From an uncultured Gammaproteobacteria bacterium (lineage in GTDB: Bacteria; Pseudomonadota; Gammaproteobacteria; DRLM01): a stretch of 64,000 nt of DNA. This document shows positions 22,240-32,806 of this stretch, piece by piece. The notes beneath the pieces are model-generated. The model was not told the DNA's origin. It saw only the letters and a list, made by a program, of their open reading frames with translations, and searched no databases. How positions within the stretch are numbered: position 1 is the first letter of the stretch; each line of letters opens with the position of its first letter. The DNA is taken from contig CAVSNY010000003.1 of the NCBI GenBank assembly GCA_963729605.1, positions 288,001-352,000 of the forward strand, read 5' to 3'. The translations under genes were made by a program, and so were the position numbers.

Positions 22240-24477
22240 ATGGCGAAACGCCGTTTAATCGACGACCCGCATCGCGACCGGGAGGCGGAAAAATACGCCA
22301 ACCCCATTCCTAGCCGCGAATATATTCTCGACATACTGACTCAGCGCGGTTCGCCGGTCAGCTTCGAGCAGATCGCCGAGACTTTAAGCCTCGGCGACGA
22401 GGAACAACTGGAGGCCTTGCGCCGCCGGCTGCGCGCCATGGAGCGCGACGGCCAAGTGGTTTTCAACCGCAATGGCGACTACGGTCTGGCGGAAAAAATG
22501 GATTTGGTGCGCGGCCGGGTAGTCGGCCACCCCGACGGTTTCGGTTTCCTGGTGCCCGACGAAGGCGGCGACGATTTGTTCCTTTCGCCCAAACAGATGC
22601 GGTCGGTGCTGCACGGCGATCGCGCCCTGGCCTGCGTGTTGGGCGTCGATCGGCGCGGCCGCCGCGAGGGCGGGATAGTGGAGGTGCTGGAACGCGCCCA
22701 CGCCCGCATCGTCGGCCGTTTTCATCTGGAGCACGGCCTGGGTTTGGTGATACCGAGTAATTCGCGCATCACCCAGGACATCGCCATTCCGCCCGAACAT
22801 CGCGGCGGCGCCACCGTCAACCAGATCGTCGAAGTGGAGATCATCGAGCAACCCAGCAAACACTCGCAGCCCATCGGCCGCATCGTCAACGTGCTGGGCG
22901 ATCACATGGCGCCGGGCATGGAAGTGGACATCGCGGTCCGCAGTTACGACCTGCCCCATGAATGGCCGCTGGCGGTATTGCAGGAGATCGCGCCGCTCAC
23001 CGCCGAGGTGCCGGAAGCGGCCAAGCAGGGCCGCATCGATTTACGCAGTACGCCGTTGGTCACCATCGACGGCGAGGACGCCCGCGACTTCGACGACGCG
23101 GTGTATTGCGAACCCCATGGTAAGGGCTGGGTGCTGCTGGTGGCCATCGCCGACGTGTCGTCTTACGTCAACCGCAACACCGCGCTGGATCAACACGCCC
23201 ATTTGCGCGGCACCTCGGTGTATTTCCCGGGACGGGTCATTCCCATGCTGCCGGAAATCCTGTCCAACGGTTTGTGTTCGCTCAATCCGCATGTCGATCG
23301 GCTGTGCCTGGTGGCGGAGCTCATCATCACCCATACCGGCCAGGTGAAGAGCCACCGTTTCTTCGAAGGCATCATGCGATCGGCGGCGCGGCTCACCTAC
23401 ACCGAAGTGGCGGCGGCGGTGGTGGAACGCAACGTCAAAACGCGCAATCAAGTAAAGACCGTGTTGCCGCAACTGGAAGAGTTGTATGCCCTCTATCAAG
23501 TGATGCGCGCGCGCCGCGATAAACGCGGAGCCATCGACTTCGACACCACCGAAACCAAAATCGAATTCGGCCGCACCGGCAAGATCGATCGCATCGTGCC
23601 GCTGGTGCGCAACGACGCCCATCGCATGATCGAGGAATTCATGGTGGCCGCCAACGTCGCCGCCGCGGAGTTCCTGCTCGATAAAAAGATTCCGGCGCTC
23701 TACCGCGTACACGCCGGACCCTCGGTGGAAAAGCTCGCCGACTTGCGCGATTTTCTCGCGGAAATGGGCCTGAGCCTGGGCGGCGGCGACGAACCGGAGC
23801 CCAGGCATTACGCGCAGTTGCTCGACAAGGTGCGCGAGCGTCCCGATGCCCGTCTCATTCAGACCGTGCTGCTGCGCAGCTTGAGTCAGGCGGTCTACAG
23901 TCCGGACAACACTGGCCACTTCGGGCTGGCCTACGAGGCCTATACCCATTTCACCTCGCCGATCCGCCGCTATCCCGATCTGCTGGTGCATCGCGCCATT
24001 CGCCATCTGGTGGCGGGCGGCCGCGCCGAGGAGTTCGCCTACGGCCACAGCGATATGATGAACGCCGGCGCCCATTGCTCCACCACCGAACGCCGCGCCG
24101 ACGAGGCCACCCGCGACGCCATGGACTGGCTCAAGTGCGAATTCATGCAGGATAAAGTGGGCGAGGTGTTCGACGGCATCATCACCTCGGTGACCGGCTT
24201 CGGCTTATTCGTCGAGCTGAAAGACATCTATGTGGAAGGACTGGTGCACATCACCAACCTCGGCCAGGATTATTTCCATTTCGATCCGGTCAAGCACCGC
24301 ATGTTGGGCGAACGCACTAAGGCCGTGTATCGCCTGGCCGATCCGATCTCCGTGAAAGTGGTGCGGGTCGATCTCAACGAAAAGAAGATCGACTTTGAAT
24401 TGGTCGGAGCAGACAAGGCCGCGCCCGATACCAAGGACAAACCCCGCAAGCGTAGCCGGCAACGTAAAAAGACCTAG
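22240..24477 (+). CDS. rnr: Ribonuclease R
   Basis: HPDGFGF, TIDGEDARDFDDA, YTHFTSPIRRYPDL, S1 domain, basic tail. Confidence 0.97.
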   Translation: MAKRRLIDDPHRDREAEKYANPIPSREYILDILTQRGSPVSFEQIAETLSLGDEEQLEALRRRLRAMERDGQVVFNRNGDYGLAEKMDLVRGRVVGHPDGFGFLVPDEGGDDLFLSPKQMRSVLHGDRALACVLGVDRRGRREGGIVEVLERAHARIVGRFHLEHGLGLVIPSNSRITQDIAIPPEHRGGATVNQIVEVEIIEQPSKHSQPIGRIVNVLGDHMAPGMEVDIAVRSYDLPHEWPLAVLQEIAPLTAEVPEAAKQGRIDLRSTPLVTIDGEDARDFDDAVYCEPHGKGWVLLVAIADVSSYVNRNTALDQHAHLRGTSVYFPGRVIPMLPEILSNGLCSLNPHVDRLCLVAELIITHTGQVKSHRFFEGIMRSAARLTYTEVAAAVVERNVKTRNQVKTVLPQLEELYALYQVMRARRDKRGAIDFDTTETKIEFGRTGKIDRIVPLVRNDAHRMIEEFMVAANVAAAEFLLDKKIPALYRVHAGPSVEKLADLRDFLAEMGLSLGGGDEPEPRHYAQLLDKVRERPDARLIQTVLLRSLSQAVYSPDNTGHFGLAYEAYTHFTSPIRRYPDLLVHRAIRHLVAGGRAEEFAYGHSDMMNAGAHCSTTERRADEATRDAMDWLKCEFMQDKVGEVFDGIITSVTGFGLFVELKDIYVEGLVHITNLGQDYFHFDPVKHRMLGERTKAVYRLADPISVKVVRVDLNEKKIDFELVGADKAAPDTKDKPRKRSRQRKKT

Positions 24478-24491
24478 CGGGAATCCACGAA

Positions 24492-25253
24492 ATGGCGAAG
24501 CGCGAACTCATCTTCGGCATTCATGCCGTCATGGCGGCCTTGCGGCGCGACGCCGGACAGCTCAGCGAACTGCTGGTGGCGGAGGGCGGCCGCAAGAATC
24601 CGCGTTTGCGCGAACTCATCGAGCTCGCCGAACAAACGGGGCTGCCAGTGAATTATCAAAGCCGCGAGGCGCTGGATGACTTGGTGCCCGACGGCGTGCA
24701 TCAAGGTGTGGTGGCCTGGAGCGCCGCCGCTGCGCCGATGGTCAGCGAAGATGATTTAGTGGGCTTGGTGGAAGGCTTGCGCGTACCGGCGTTGTTATTG
24801 GTGCTCGACGGCGTGCAGGATCCGCACAACCTCGGCGCCTGTCTGCGCAGCGCCGATGCCGCCGGGGTCCACGCGGTCATCGCGCCGAAAGACCGCGCCG
24901 TCGGCCTTACCCCCACCGTGCGCAAAGTCGCCTGCGGCGGCGCCGACACAGTGCCCTTCGTGCAGGTCACCAATCTGGCGCGCACCCTGCGCGAACTCAA
25001 GGATGCCGGCGTGTGGCTGGTGGGCGCGGCCGGCGACGCATCGGAAAGTCTGTACGACGCCGATCTGCGCGGCCCGATCGCCATCGTGATGGGCGCAGAG
25101 GAAAAAGGCCTGCGCCGCCTCACTCAAGAACACTGCGATTTTCTGGTGCGCATCCCCATGGCCGGCAGCGTGGAAAGTTTGAACGTCTCGGTCGCCACCG
25201 GCGTCTGCCTGTTCGAAGCGGTGCGGCAGCGGGCCGCCAAAAAGGGCGGGTAA
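24492..25253 (+). CDS. rlmB: 23S rRNA Gm2251 methyltransferase
   Basis: DPHNLGACLR, GAEEKGLR, VESLNVSVA SPOUT motifs; follows rnr. Confidence 0.96.
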   Translation: MAKRELIFGIHAVMAALRRDAGQLSELLVAEGGRKNPRLRELIELAEQTGLPVNYQSREALDDLVPDGVHQGVVAWSAAAAPMVSEDDLVGLVEGLRVPALLLVLDGVQDPHNLGACLRSADAAGVHAVIAPKDRAVGLTPTVRKVACGGADTVPFVQVTNLARTLRELKDAGVWLVGAAGDASESLYDADLRGPIAIVMGAEEKGLRRLTQEHCDFLVRIPMAGSVESLNVSVATGVCLFEAVRQRAAKKGG

Positions 25254-25432
25254 AGGCCCACGCCGCAGGGTGCCGCCAGTCGCTTGCGGAGGAATTTCGC
25301 GCCGCGTCGCTGATCCGCTTGTTCGCACCGACATCGCCGACCGCGCCACATTTAGTCAGGGCTGAATGCGCGGTAGCGATTGAACCGTTTATTCCGCCCT
25401 GGGTATTGCACCGCGCCAGCGGCGGGCGACGT

Positions 25433-27607
25433 TCACCATGTCTCTTTCATGACTTCCGTCAACGCGGGCCGTGGCCGTCGCTCCGCGGTCGCGGCGGGTG
25501 GCGTGGCGCCGTCGGCTTGAGTGACCGCGACGTTGAGCGGCGAGTCGGTGATCCGCCATTGGCCTTTTAATATATTGGTGGGCGCGTCGCCGCTAAAGGC
25601 GATGTAACTCGCGTTACCGTAATGGGGTAGTTTTCGCGCGAGGCCGGCGAAGGCCGCCGGATTATCGCAGCCCAGCCACACCAACGCTTGCTCGGCCGTG
25701 CCCTTTTGACGCGCGCTCAACACCACGGCGTGCTGCTTGCGTTGCAAAGTTTGACCGGCGAGATTGACGGTGGCGTCGCCGAACTTGGCCTCTGCGCCGG
25801 TGAGGGCCGCGGCCAGTTGAGGTTGAAAGCGGTTCTCCCAACCGAACAGCCACACGCCGCGATCGGCGGGCAGCTCCCGCAACTTGTCGTCCCAGCCGAC
25901 GCTGATGTGTTCACTCTCGCGGGCCCAGGCTTGCGCCAGCTGCGTGTAAGCCTCGCGTAGATTGGGCGGCGCGGCGGCGGGCAATACGATCAGCAAACGT
26001 TCGGCCGCCAGCGCCTCGCTGAGCGTGGGCGGCAGTTCGTCGCGGTCCAAGCGCCGGAATACGTCGAATTCCGGATCCACCTCCACCCGCCAGGGCCGGG
26101 CCGCGAGTCGCAGATGGGTGACGCTCCGTTTGTCATTCATGGTGACGACCTGTTGCAACGCGGAGTCCTGTCCTTCGAGGGTGACGGCGATCGGCACTTG
26201 CAGCGGATAGGGCGGGCCCTCTTGAGTTTGTTCCAAGACCAGTTCCAGTTGATAGCCGTCTTCTTTGGGTGTGGCGCGCGCGGTCGCGACCCGCAGTGAA
26301 GGCGCGCCGGTGCGCTGCAACCAGGATGGGAAAGCCGCTTGCAAGGAAACGCCGGCTTCTTTTTCGAAGGCGATACGTAAATCGTTCCAGCCGGCGGTTT
26401 GAAAGGCGTTGTCCCGATAAAAGCGGCGCAGGCCGGCGATAAAGCGCGCGTCGCCCAGCTGGAGACGCAGCGCATGGAAAAACATCAGCGCCTTGTCATA
26501 ACCGACGGCCTGACTGGCGCTGCTGTGGCGGGCGCTAAATTCACTAAGGGGAAAATCGCGCTCGGCGGCCACGTAATTGCGGTAGCGCAACAAGGCGTCG
26601 CGCCGGTAATTGGCGCCTTCGCCGCGCCGTTCCCGCAGCAGGTGATCGGCGAGATAACTCGTCAGACCTTCCGACCAATTGCCCGCGGCGTAATCCACGT
26701 ACACGCCGTTGCCCCACCAGTTGTGCAAAATTTCGTGGGGAAACGAACTGTGCAGGATAAACGGCAGGCGGATCACTTGCGGTCCGAGCAGGGTGAAAGA
26801 AGGCATGCCGTAGCCCGATTCCCAGCTATTTTCCACCAGGGCGAATTTGGCGTAAGGATAGGGCGCGATCAGTTGCGAATAGAGGTCGACGTACTCGGCC
26901 ATGGTAGCTAAATATTCTTCCGCCAACGCGCGGTCGGGCCGGCGCAGCATTACCAGCGTGTTCACCGCGCCGGCGGTTTGTTGATACTCATGGAAGCGCG
27001 CGGCGATTAAATAGATTTCTTGTTGCGGATGATTTTCTTCCCAACGTACCGAACTGGGATTTTGTTCCGGCGGTGGCGGGATGCGCGCGCCCTGGCTGAC
27101 CGCGGACCAGGCGGCGGGCAATTGCACGTCGAGGGAAAAACTCACCCGTTCATCGTTAAACTGTGGATACCAGTGGCTGTTGCCATCCAAGTAAACGCCG
27201 TCGGCCGTGATGAATCCACGGGTGTCCGCCTGGCTGCGGCCGAGACCGGACTCCCTCTCGCGCAAGGGGTGGGCGATCTTGCCTTCGTAACTGAGGGTGA
27301 TACGGCCTTGGCGAGGAGGGCTCTGCAATACATACGCGGCCGGACCGCGCGTTGTGGCGGGACCGGCGGGCAGGGCGCGCAACGGCGGATCGGCCCGGGT
27401 GATTTTCAAATCGGGATGCAGATACAATCGCCATGCCGGCGCCGCGTCATCGGCGGCCGGTACGCTGATGACGTCGCTGACGATGATGCGCCCGGTCTCC
27501 GGCAGCAATTGGACCCGCAGGTCATGATGAACGACCGCATCGGCCCGGGCCGTCCAGGGCGCCAACAATATCATCGCAAGTGTCCAGAGTGCCCGGCGCA
27601 TGGTCAT
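25433..27607 (-). CDS. Secreted M1-family metalloaminopeptidase
   Basis: Signal peptide; GYGMP motif; HEILHNWWGN...WSEG (HExxH-x18-E). Confidence 0.85.
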   Translation of the reverse strand: MTMRRALWTLAMILLAPWTARADAVVHHDLRVQLLPETGRIIVSDVISVPAADDAAPAWRLYLHPDLKITRADPPLRALPAGPATTRGPAAYVLQSPPRQGRITLSYEGKIAHPLRERESGLGRSQADTRGFITADGVYLDGNSHWYPQFNDERVSFSLDVQLPAAWSAVSQGARIPPPPEQNPSSVRWEENHPQQEIYLIAARFHEYQQTAGAVNTLVMLRRPDRALAEEYLATMAEYVDLYSQLIAPYPYAKFALVENSWESGYGMPSFTLLGPQVIRLPFILHSSFPHEILHNWWGNGVYVDYAAGNWSEGLTSYLADHLLRERRGEGANYRRDALLRYRNYVAAERDFPLSEFSARHSSASQAVGYDKALMFFHALRLQLGDARFIAGLRRFYRDNAFQTAGWNDLRIAFEKEAGVSLQAAFPSWLQRTGAPSLRVATARATPKEDGYQLELVLEQTQEGPPYPLQVPIAVTLEGQDSALQQVVTMNDKRSVTHLRLAARPWRVEVDPEFDVFRRLDRDELPPTLSEALAAERLLIVLPAAAPPNLREAYTQLAQAWARESEHISVGWDDKLRELPADRGVWLFGWENRFQPQLAAALTGAEAKFGDATVNLAGQTLQRKQHAVVLSARQKGTAEQALVWLGCDNPAAFAGLARKLPHYGNASYIAFSGDAPTNILKGQWRITDSPLNVAVTQADGATPPAATAERRPRPALTEVMKETW

Positions 27608-27767
27608 CCTTATGTTCGTTGGCCCTAATTTTCCACACACATCATACCTTCTCTCAGACCGGGTGTAGAGGCCGCCCGGGGACGGCGGCGGCTTGCAGTT
27701 CACATTCTCCGCGGTCAAACTAGGCGGCGGCTTTTGGTGACCGGCATGTAACGGGAGGACGGCGGTT

Positions 27768-28055
27768 GTGGCGGTGCGTGACGAGCCCGTGTTGGGCAAT
27801 TGGTATCACGATGCGGATACCGAGCAAGAGTTTCAAGTGGTGGCGTATGACGAGATCGGCGGGATAGTCGAGGTTCGATTCGACGATGGCGATGTCAAGG
27901 TCATGGAGCTGGACGAATGGTTCGCCAGCGATTTGAAAATCATAGATCCGCCCGATGACTGGTCCGTTGCGGATCCCGACGACGAGGACGGCGAAGCTTG
28001 GTCCACTGGCCGTGGGACTTGGGACGATGACACCGAGTTTCCCGAACGTGATTGA
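27768..28055 (+). CDS. Small acidic protein, DUF6763-like (paralog 1)
   Basis: PVLGNWY...FQVVAYDE...VEVRFDDGDV...PPDDWS; similar to the protein at 31632-31940. Confidence 0.7.
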   Translation: MAVRDEPVLGNWYHDADTEQEFQVVAYDEIGGIVEVRFDDGDVKVMELDEWFASDLKIIDPPDDWSVADPDDEDGEAWSTGRGTWDDDTEFPERD

Positions 28056-28110
28056 AGCGTGTTTGGCCGCTGGCTGAATTTTAATTGGTAGTAATCTCTT
28101 CGAGGTGTTC

Positions 28111-28935
28111 ATGCCTAAAATGATCAATGCCATCCTAATCGGGCTATTGTTGAGTATGTCCACGTTGGCTAACGCCGCTGTCGGCGAAGCGGCCGCGCCG
28201 GAACCCCTGCCGCCGGAATTGCAGCGGCTGGAGCAACAGGCGCTCAAAGGTGATGTCGCGGCGCAATCGGAATTGGGCATGGCCTATGTATTGGGCAAAG
28301 GCATTTCACGCGATTACCAGCAGGCCCGCGATTGGTTGAGCAAGGCCGCGGAAAAAGGCGACGCGGTGGCGCAGGCCTTGCTCGGTTATTTGTATCGGGA
28401 CGGCTTGGGCGTCGAACGCGATGCCGCTGCGGCGGCGCGCTGGTACCAAGCGGCGGCCGCGCAGGGGCATGTCAACGCGCAAACCAATCTGGCGCTCTTG
28501 TACAAAAACGGTGAAGGCATCCCGCGCAATTACCCTGAAGCCATGGCATGGTTCAATAAAGCCGCCGAGCAAGGGGATGTTTACGCTCAGGCCAATTTAG
28601 GATTGATGTATGAAGAGGGCTTGGGTACCCAGCGTAATTACAATACCGCGGCGCGGTGGTATGGCCAGGCCGCGGAAGGCAATCATGAATTGTCGCAACG
28701 CAAGCTCGCGCATTTATATGAAACCGGACAAGGCGTGCCGCAGGACAATGTGAAGGCCTATACCTGGTACGCCATCGCCGGGGTGTGGCAAGGCGGCGAT
28801 ACGCTGGCCATGGACGACCCGCGCCTGAAACTCAGTACGCGCATGAGTCCTGAGCAAATCGAGGAGGCCAATCAGGCCGCCATGACCTGGTGGGAAAAAC
28901 ACTTCAAGGTCGACGACAGCGCGCCTGTACCGTAG
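28111..28935 (+). CDS. Secreted Sel1-repeat protein
   Basis: Signal peptide and about five Sel1 repeats (AQxxLGxxYxxGxG...AAEQG). Confidence 0.9.
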   Translation: MPKMINAILIGLLLSMSTLANAAVGEAAAPEPLPPELQRLEQQALKGDVAAQSELGMAYVLGKGISRDYQQARDWLSKAAEKGDAVAQALLGYLYRDGLGVERDAAAAARWYQAAAAQGHVNAQTNLALLYKNGEGIPRNYPEAMAWFNKAAEQGDVYAQANLGLMYEEGLGTQRNYNTAARWYGQAAEGNHELSQRKLAHLYETGQGVPQDNVKAYTWYAIAGVWQGGDTLAMDDPRLKLSTRMSPEQIEEANQAAMTWWEKHFKVDDSAPVP

Positions 28936-28963
28936 CGACGCGGCGGATCGCGGTTGGATTAAT

Positions 28964-29203
28964 TCAAGCCAGAAAGAGTTTGCATACATCCGGTTTGCGG
29001 CAGACCGTCTCGTAAGCCTTGTCATAGAGCCGTTCTTTGCCGCGGCGGGCGCATTCCGCGTAAACCAGATCCAACATGGCATGGGAGTCGGCGCGGGGGT
29101 TGCTCATGTGCGCCATCGACATGCATACGCAATGCTGCACGTAGTGGATGAGTTCACTCTCTTTGGCTAATTCAAGCGAATCACGGAATTCATCGAGATT
29201 CAT
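28964..29203 (-). CDS. Small Cys/His-rich hypothetical protein
   Basis: Strong Shine-Dalgarno AAAGGAGG before the ATG at 29203; 79 aa, MNLDEFRDSLE... Confidence 0.65.
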   Translation of the reverse strand: MNLDEFRDSLELAKESELIHYVQHCVCMSMAHMSNPRADSHAMLDLVYAECARRGKERLYDKAYETVCRKPDVCKLFLA

Positions 29204-29346
29204 ATCGAATCCTCCTTTGGCCCAACTACCAGCCGTCAGTCCAGGATCGACATGTCCATGTCCGAGCAATGATGCTCAAAATCGGTCTTGCCTTAATACC
29301 CCATTATTCGGCACGGGCAGCGAAACCTTGAAATTTTCAGATTGAC

Positions 29347-30864
29347 TTACGGATTTGAGACGGGAATCACGGAGAAGTTTCGCTCGATAAGAAAAGGCTC
29401 GTCGAAATGGCGGCGCCCGACGAAGGCCGTGGCATGATTACCCCATTGTCGCATCGCGCCCGAGCTGGGGATGCCCATCGGCCACAATATCCAACGTTCG
29501 CCGCGTTGCGTGCCTGGCACCAGCCCCCGTTCGGCGAATAGACTGCGCTGAGCATCGCCTTGCCGGGTGGGCAACGAACGCAGCTTATCGTAAGGCGCGA
29601 ATTGGTACGATCTGTCCGGTTCCGCTGGATCATCGATCAGTATCTGTTGCAAATAATGAGTGCGGGCGCTGACGCGAACGCGCAGCCGTTGCGCCTCGCT
29701 CACGGAGGGCGCGCTTTGCGGTATCAAGATCGGTTCTTGATAAATACGCGGGCGTTCGATCAGCCGCAACGACTCGCCGGGGAAAAACAGGTGATAACAG
29801 CCGCAAGGATGAATGCTGTCGTATAACAAGGGGCGGCCGTCGTCGGCGAGGGTGACCCGCCAATGGATGCCGTCAAGGGGGCCCGCCAGCATATCCAGAC
29901 TGCTCTCGGCGGGCCGCGCCGCGAACCATATCGTGTAATTCAATTGCAACAACACCCGGCCGCCGAAGCGGGTGTAAGAAGCATGGGTATAAACCACGGG
30001 TTGAGTGACGTCGATTTGCGGCCAGGGTGTCGTTCCCCAAAAAGGCCGTCCCGGGCGGTCATCGTCGTCCACGGTGTCCAGCTCCCAGACCGGTGCGTAA
30101 CGGCTGAACAGGACGGCCAGCTGTGCGGCCGTGGGGACGGGTATGCCCAAAGGATCGGCGCTGGTCCGCAGGATGTCCGCTACTTCGCTATCGGAAACCG
30201 GTGGTGAGAGGGGAGGGCGATAGTGCAGCCAAGCGCCGAGAGGCGGCGGTTTGATCGCGGCGTCCGCGAATAATCGACGCACTCTCTTTTGCCAGTGACT
30301 GACGGAGGCGCGCACCACCAATGCGCTGAGCGGATAAACGCCTATCGCCCGTTGCGCGGTCCGATAGTTGTCCGGCACCTCGGCCCGACGCACCAGGGTT
30401 TGCCACGACTCGCCGCTATTCAGCTCGGCAACGCTCAATAACTCGCCGCACCGGGCGATGCCGTCCAACACGTCGCCGCGCCCCGGCGTCCGTCGCTGAA
30501 GTTCGCTGCGTGCCGCGGGGGGAAGATTGGCGTATTCAAAACGTCGCGCGGTTTGATCCAAGTCGCGCAAATGTTTTAACCACACCTGAAATTTAATTTC
30601 ATCTTGGATATCCGGCACCAGCGTAGCGAGCAAACGGTCAACCCGCAAATAAGGGAAGCCGGCCACCGGTACCGTTTGAAAATCGCGTGCCTGGAAACGT
30701 GCCGTCAGTTGGTCGAATTGTTGGAAAAAATCGCGGCAATCACTTAGCGGGGCCGCCGGATCGGCCGGGGGTAATGGCCTTTGAATGGCGCACCCCGTTA
30801 ATAAAATGATCGCCGACAGCATCAGCCGTGCACGTGACGCGCGGTTTGGGCGGGTCGTGTTCAT
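29347..30864 (-). CDS. Hypothetical lipoprotein
   Basis: 505 aa; lipobox LTGC; SIHPCGCYH motif. Confidence 0.7.
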   Translation of the reverse strand: MNTTRPNRASRARLMLSAIILLTGCAIQRPLPPADPAAPLSDCRDFFQQFDQLTARFQARDFQTVPVAGFPYLRVDRLLATLVPDIQDEIKFQVWLKHLRDLDQTARRFEYANLPPAARSELQRRTPGRGDVLDGIARCGELLSVAELNSGESWQTLVRRAEVPDNYRTAQRAIGVYPLSALVVRASVSHWQKRVRRLFADAAIKPPPLGAWLHYRPPLSPPVSDSEVADILRTSADPLGIPVPTAAQLAVLFSRYAPVWELDTVDDDDRPGRPFWGTTPWPQIDVTQPVVYTHASYTRFGGRVLLQLNYTIWFAARPAESSLDMLAGPLDGIHWRVTLADDGRPLLYDSIHPCGCYHLFFPGESLRLIERPRIYQEPILIPQSAPSVSEAQRLRVRVSARTHYLQQILIDDPAEPDRSYQFAPYDKLRSLPTRQGDAQRSLFAERGLVPGTQRGERWILWPMGIPSSGAMRQWGNHATAFVGRRHFDEPFLIERNFSVIPVSNP

Positions 30865-31029
30865 GTTGGCCGCGACGTTTCCATGTGATAATGCCGTAAG
30901 TCATTTTTCACCGACCAGACCCCCGTCTCCAATAAAGTTTTTTTATGGTGAGCCGATTGTTGTGATATCTATAATGACGACGTTCCGCTCGAGTATCCTG
31001 GCGCCGACCCCTAAGTGGATGCGAGACTC

Positions 31030-31596
31030 ATGAAAAATATTAATAAAAGGACGCGTGGCTGCTTAATCGCGCTGTTGTGCAGCCTGATCGCGGGCTTGGC
31101 CTTTGCGGAGAAACCGGAAGTTGCCCCGCCTTTGACCCCGCTCGCCGTCGATGGTATTCACGATCCCGACAATCCCGCCTTGCCGTCGCTGCAAAACCCC
31201 GAGGAGTCCATGATCACCTTCCCCAAGGATCGCCGCGGTGAAGTGCAGTGGGTGGAATCCTTGAATAAAGGCATCATCACGCCCCGCAAATTTGTTACCG
31301 GCGACAGCGGAGAAGGCGAGGAATTGAAAGAGTTGGACCTCGACATCATCATGAAAAATACCGCGCAGATGCCCCATGTGCGTTTTCCGCACCTTGCCCA
31401 CACCCGTTGGCTGGCGTGCAGCAATTGCCATTCGGAAATATTCATACCCAAGGCCGGCGCCAATCCCGTCAGCATGGAAAAGATTTTGAAGGGTGAATAT
31501 TGTGGCCGGTGCCACGACAAAGTCTCTTTCGCACTATGGGCCTGCGAACGCTGCCACAGCGTGCCGCACCCCGGTTCTCCGCCGAAATGGTGGTAA
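31030..31596 (+). CDS. Periplasmic triheme c7-type cytochrome c
   Basis: Signal peptide; FPHLAH; CSNCH, CGRCH and CERCH heme-binding motifs. Confidence 0.88.
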   Translation: MKNINKRTRGCLIALLCSLIAGLAFAEKPEVAPPLTPLAVDGIHDPDNPALPSLQNPEESMITFPKDRRGEVQWVESLNKGIITPRKFVTGDSGEGEELKELDLDIIMKNTAQMPHVRFPHLAHTRWLACSNCHSEIFIPKAGANPVSMEKILKGEYCGRCHDKVSFALWACERCHSVPHPGSPPKWW

Positions 31597-31631
31597 GGAC
31601 AACGGTGAATCCGCGTGCGTAGCAACGAGGT

Positions 31632-31940
31632 TTAGTCGAGACGGTCCACATCGTCCAATGGATTTGACCAATCGCCGGGCCGTAATGCGATGTCGCTATA
31701 ACCGAGATCGTCTTTTTCGATATCGTCGAAAGGGGCCGACCAGTCCTTGGGCGCGGCCGTCGGCGCAATCTCCAACATACGCCAGGTCTCCATCTCATAT
31801 TCCTCGACTTCGCCGTCGTAGAATTGTACTTCCACCGTCGCTTCATCTTCATCGACGGCGACCACTTCAAAAGATTGGCCGAGGGAATTTTTATACCAAT
31901 CCCCCACGGCGGGCTGATATGGATTGTCTTCTAGTATCAT
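31632..31940 (-). CDS. Small acidic protein, DUF6763-like (paralog 2)
   Basis: PAVGDWY...FEVVAVDE...VEVQFYDGEV...APKDWS; GGAGG Shine-Dalgarno. Confidence 0.72.
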   Translation of the reverse strand: MILEDNPYQPAVGDWYKNSLGQSFEVVAVDEDEATVEVQFYDGEVEEYEMETWRMLEIAPTAAPKDWSAPFDDIEKDDLGYSDIALRPGDWSNPLDDVDRLD

Positions 31941-32131
31941 GACGTGCCCTCCATGTTTGCCGCTGCCAAACGGCATGAATCCGCAGTCTATGCTAGCCCC
32001 ATTGCGGAAATAACGCACCCGCTCCGCGTCGTATCTCATATCGGTTACGCAAATGAAAAAATCCGCCCTGATTTAACCTATACTTTTCCTGTTGGTTTAG
32101 TACGCCACTGTTCATCATGGAGGAATAAGAC

Positions 32132-32638
32132 ATGACCGCCAATAAATCACCTGTTGTCCAAAAAACCTCATCGGAACTGAGACCTAGCCGTGGTACGGCG
32201 TTGACGCCTTTTGACGACGTGGATAGATTGTTCGACGCCTTTTTCCCGGCGAATTGGTCACGTTTGACCCGCATGGGCTGGCCGCGCTGGGCCGAGGCGA
32301 TGCCTCGTTTGCAGGAAAAATCGCCCTCGGTGGACATGATTGAACGCGAGGATCAAGTCATTGTCCGCGCGGAGATGCCCGGCGTGAATAAAGACGATAT
32401 CGAGGTTTCCATCAACGGCAATGTGCTGACCCTGCGCGGCAATAGCCGGCGCGAGGAAACCAAGGAAGAAGGGGAATATTACCGCCGGGAAATTTATCAA
32501 GGAGAGATTTCGCGCAGCCTGACGCTGCCCGCGGAAGTGGACGGCGACCATGCCAAGGCCACGTTTAAGGAGGGGGTGTTGGAGTTGACGATACCCAAGA
32601 TATCCTCCTCAAAACGCCGTTCCATTAAAGTTGAATAG
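32132..32638 (+). CDS. Hsp20/alpha-crystallin small heat-shock protein
   Basis: PSVDMIE, AEMPGV, ATFKEGVLELTIPK, terminal IKVE. Confidence 0.93.
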   Translation: MTANKSPVVQKTSSELRPSRGTALTPFDDVDRLFDAFFPANWSRLTRMGWPRWAEAMPRLQEKSPSVDMIEREDQVIVRAEMPGVNKDDIEVSINGNVLTLRGNSRREETKEEGEYYRREIYQGEISRSLTLPAEVDGDHAKATFKEGVLELTIPKISSSKRRSIKVE

Positions 32639-32806
32639 TGTTGTGAGCGGTCGCCCGCCCGGCCGGCGGATCATCATAAAGATGACGTCGGTTGGGAAGG
32701 GCGTACCGTGCCGGCATACTCCGCGGTCAACCGATATTTATTTTTGTATTGAAAAACCCGATCGGACATACTGAACGCTTATCACCCTTATTCAAATAAG
32801 TCGTCT

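Noticed and set aside
31970-32095. sigma32 promoter for the Hsp20 gene
   Set aside because: CCCCAT is present, but the -35 match and spacing are poor.
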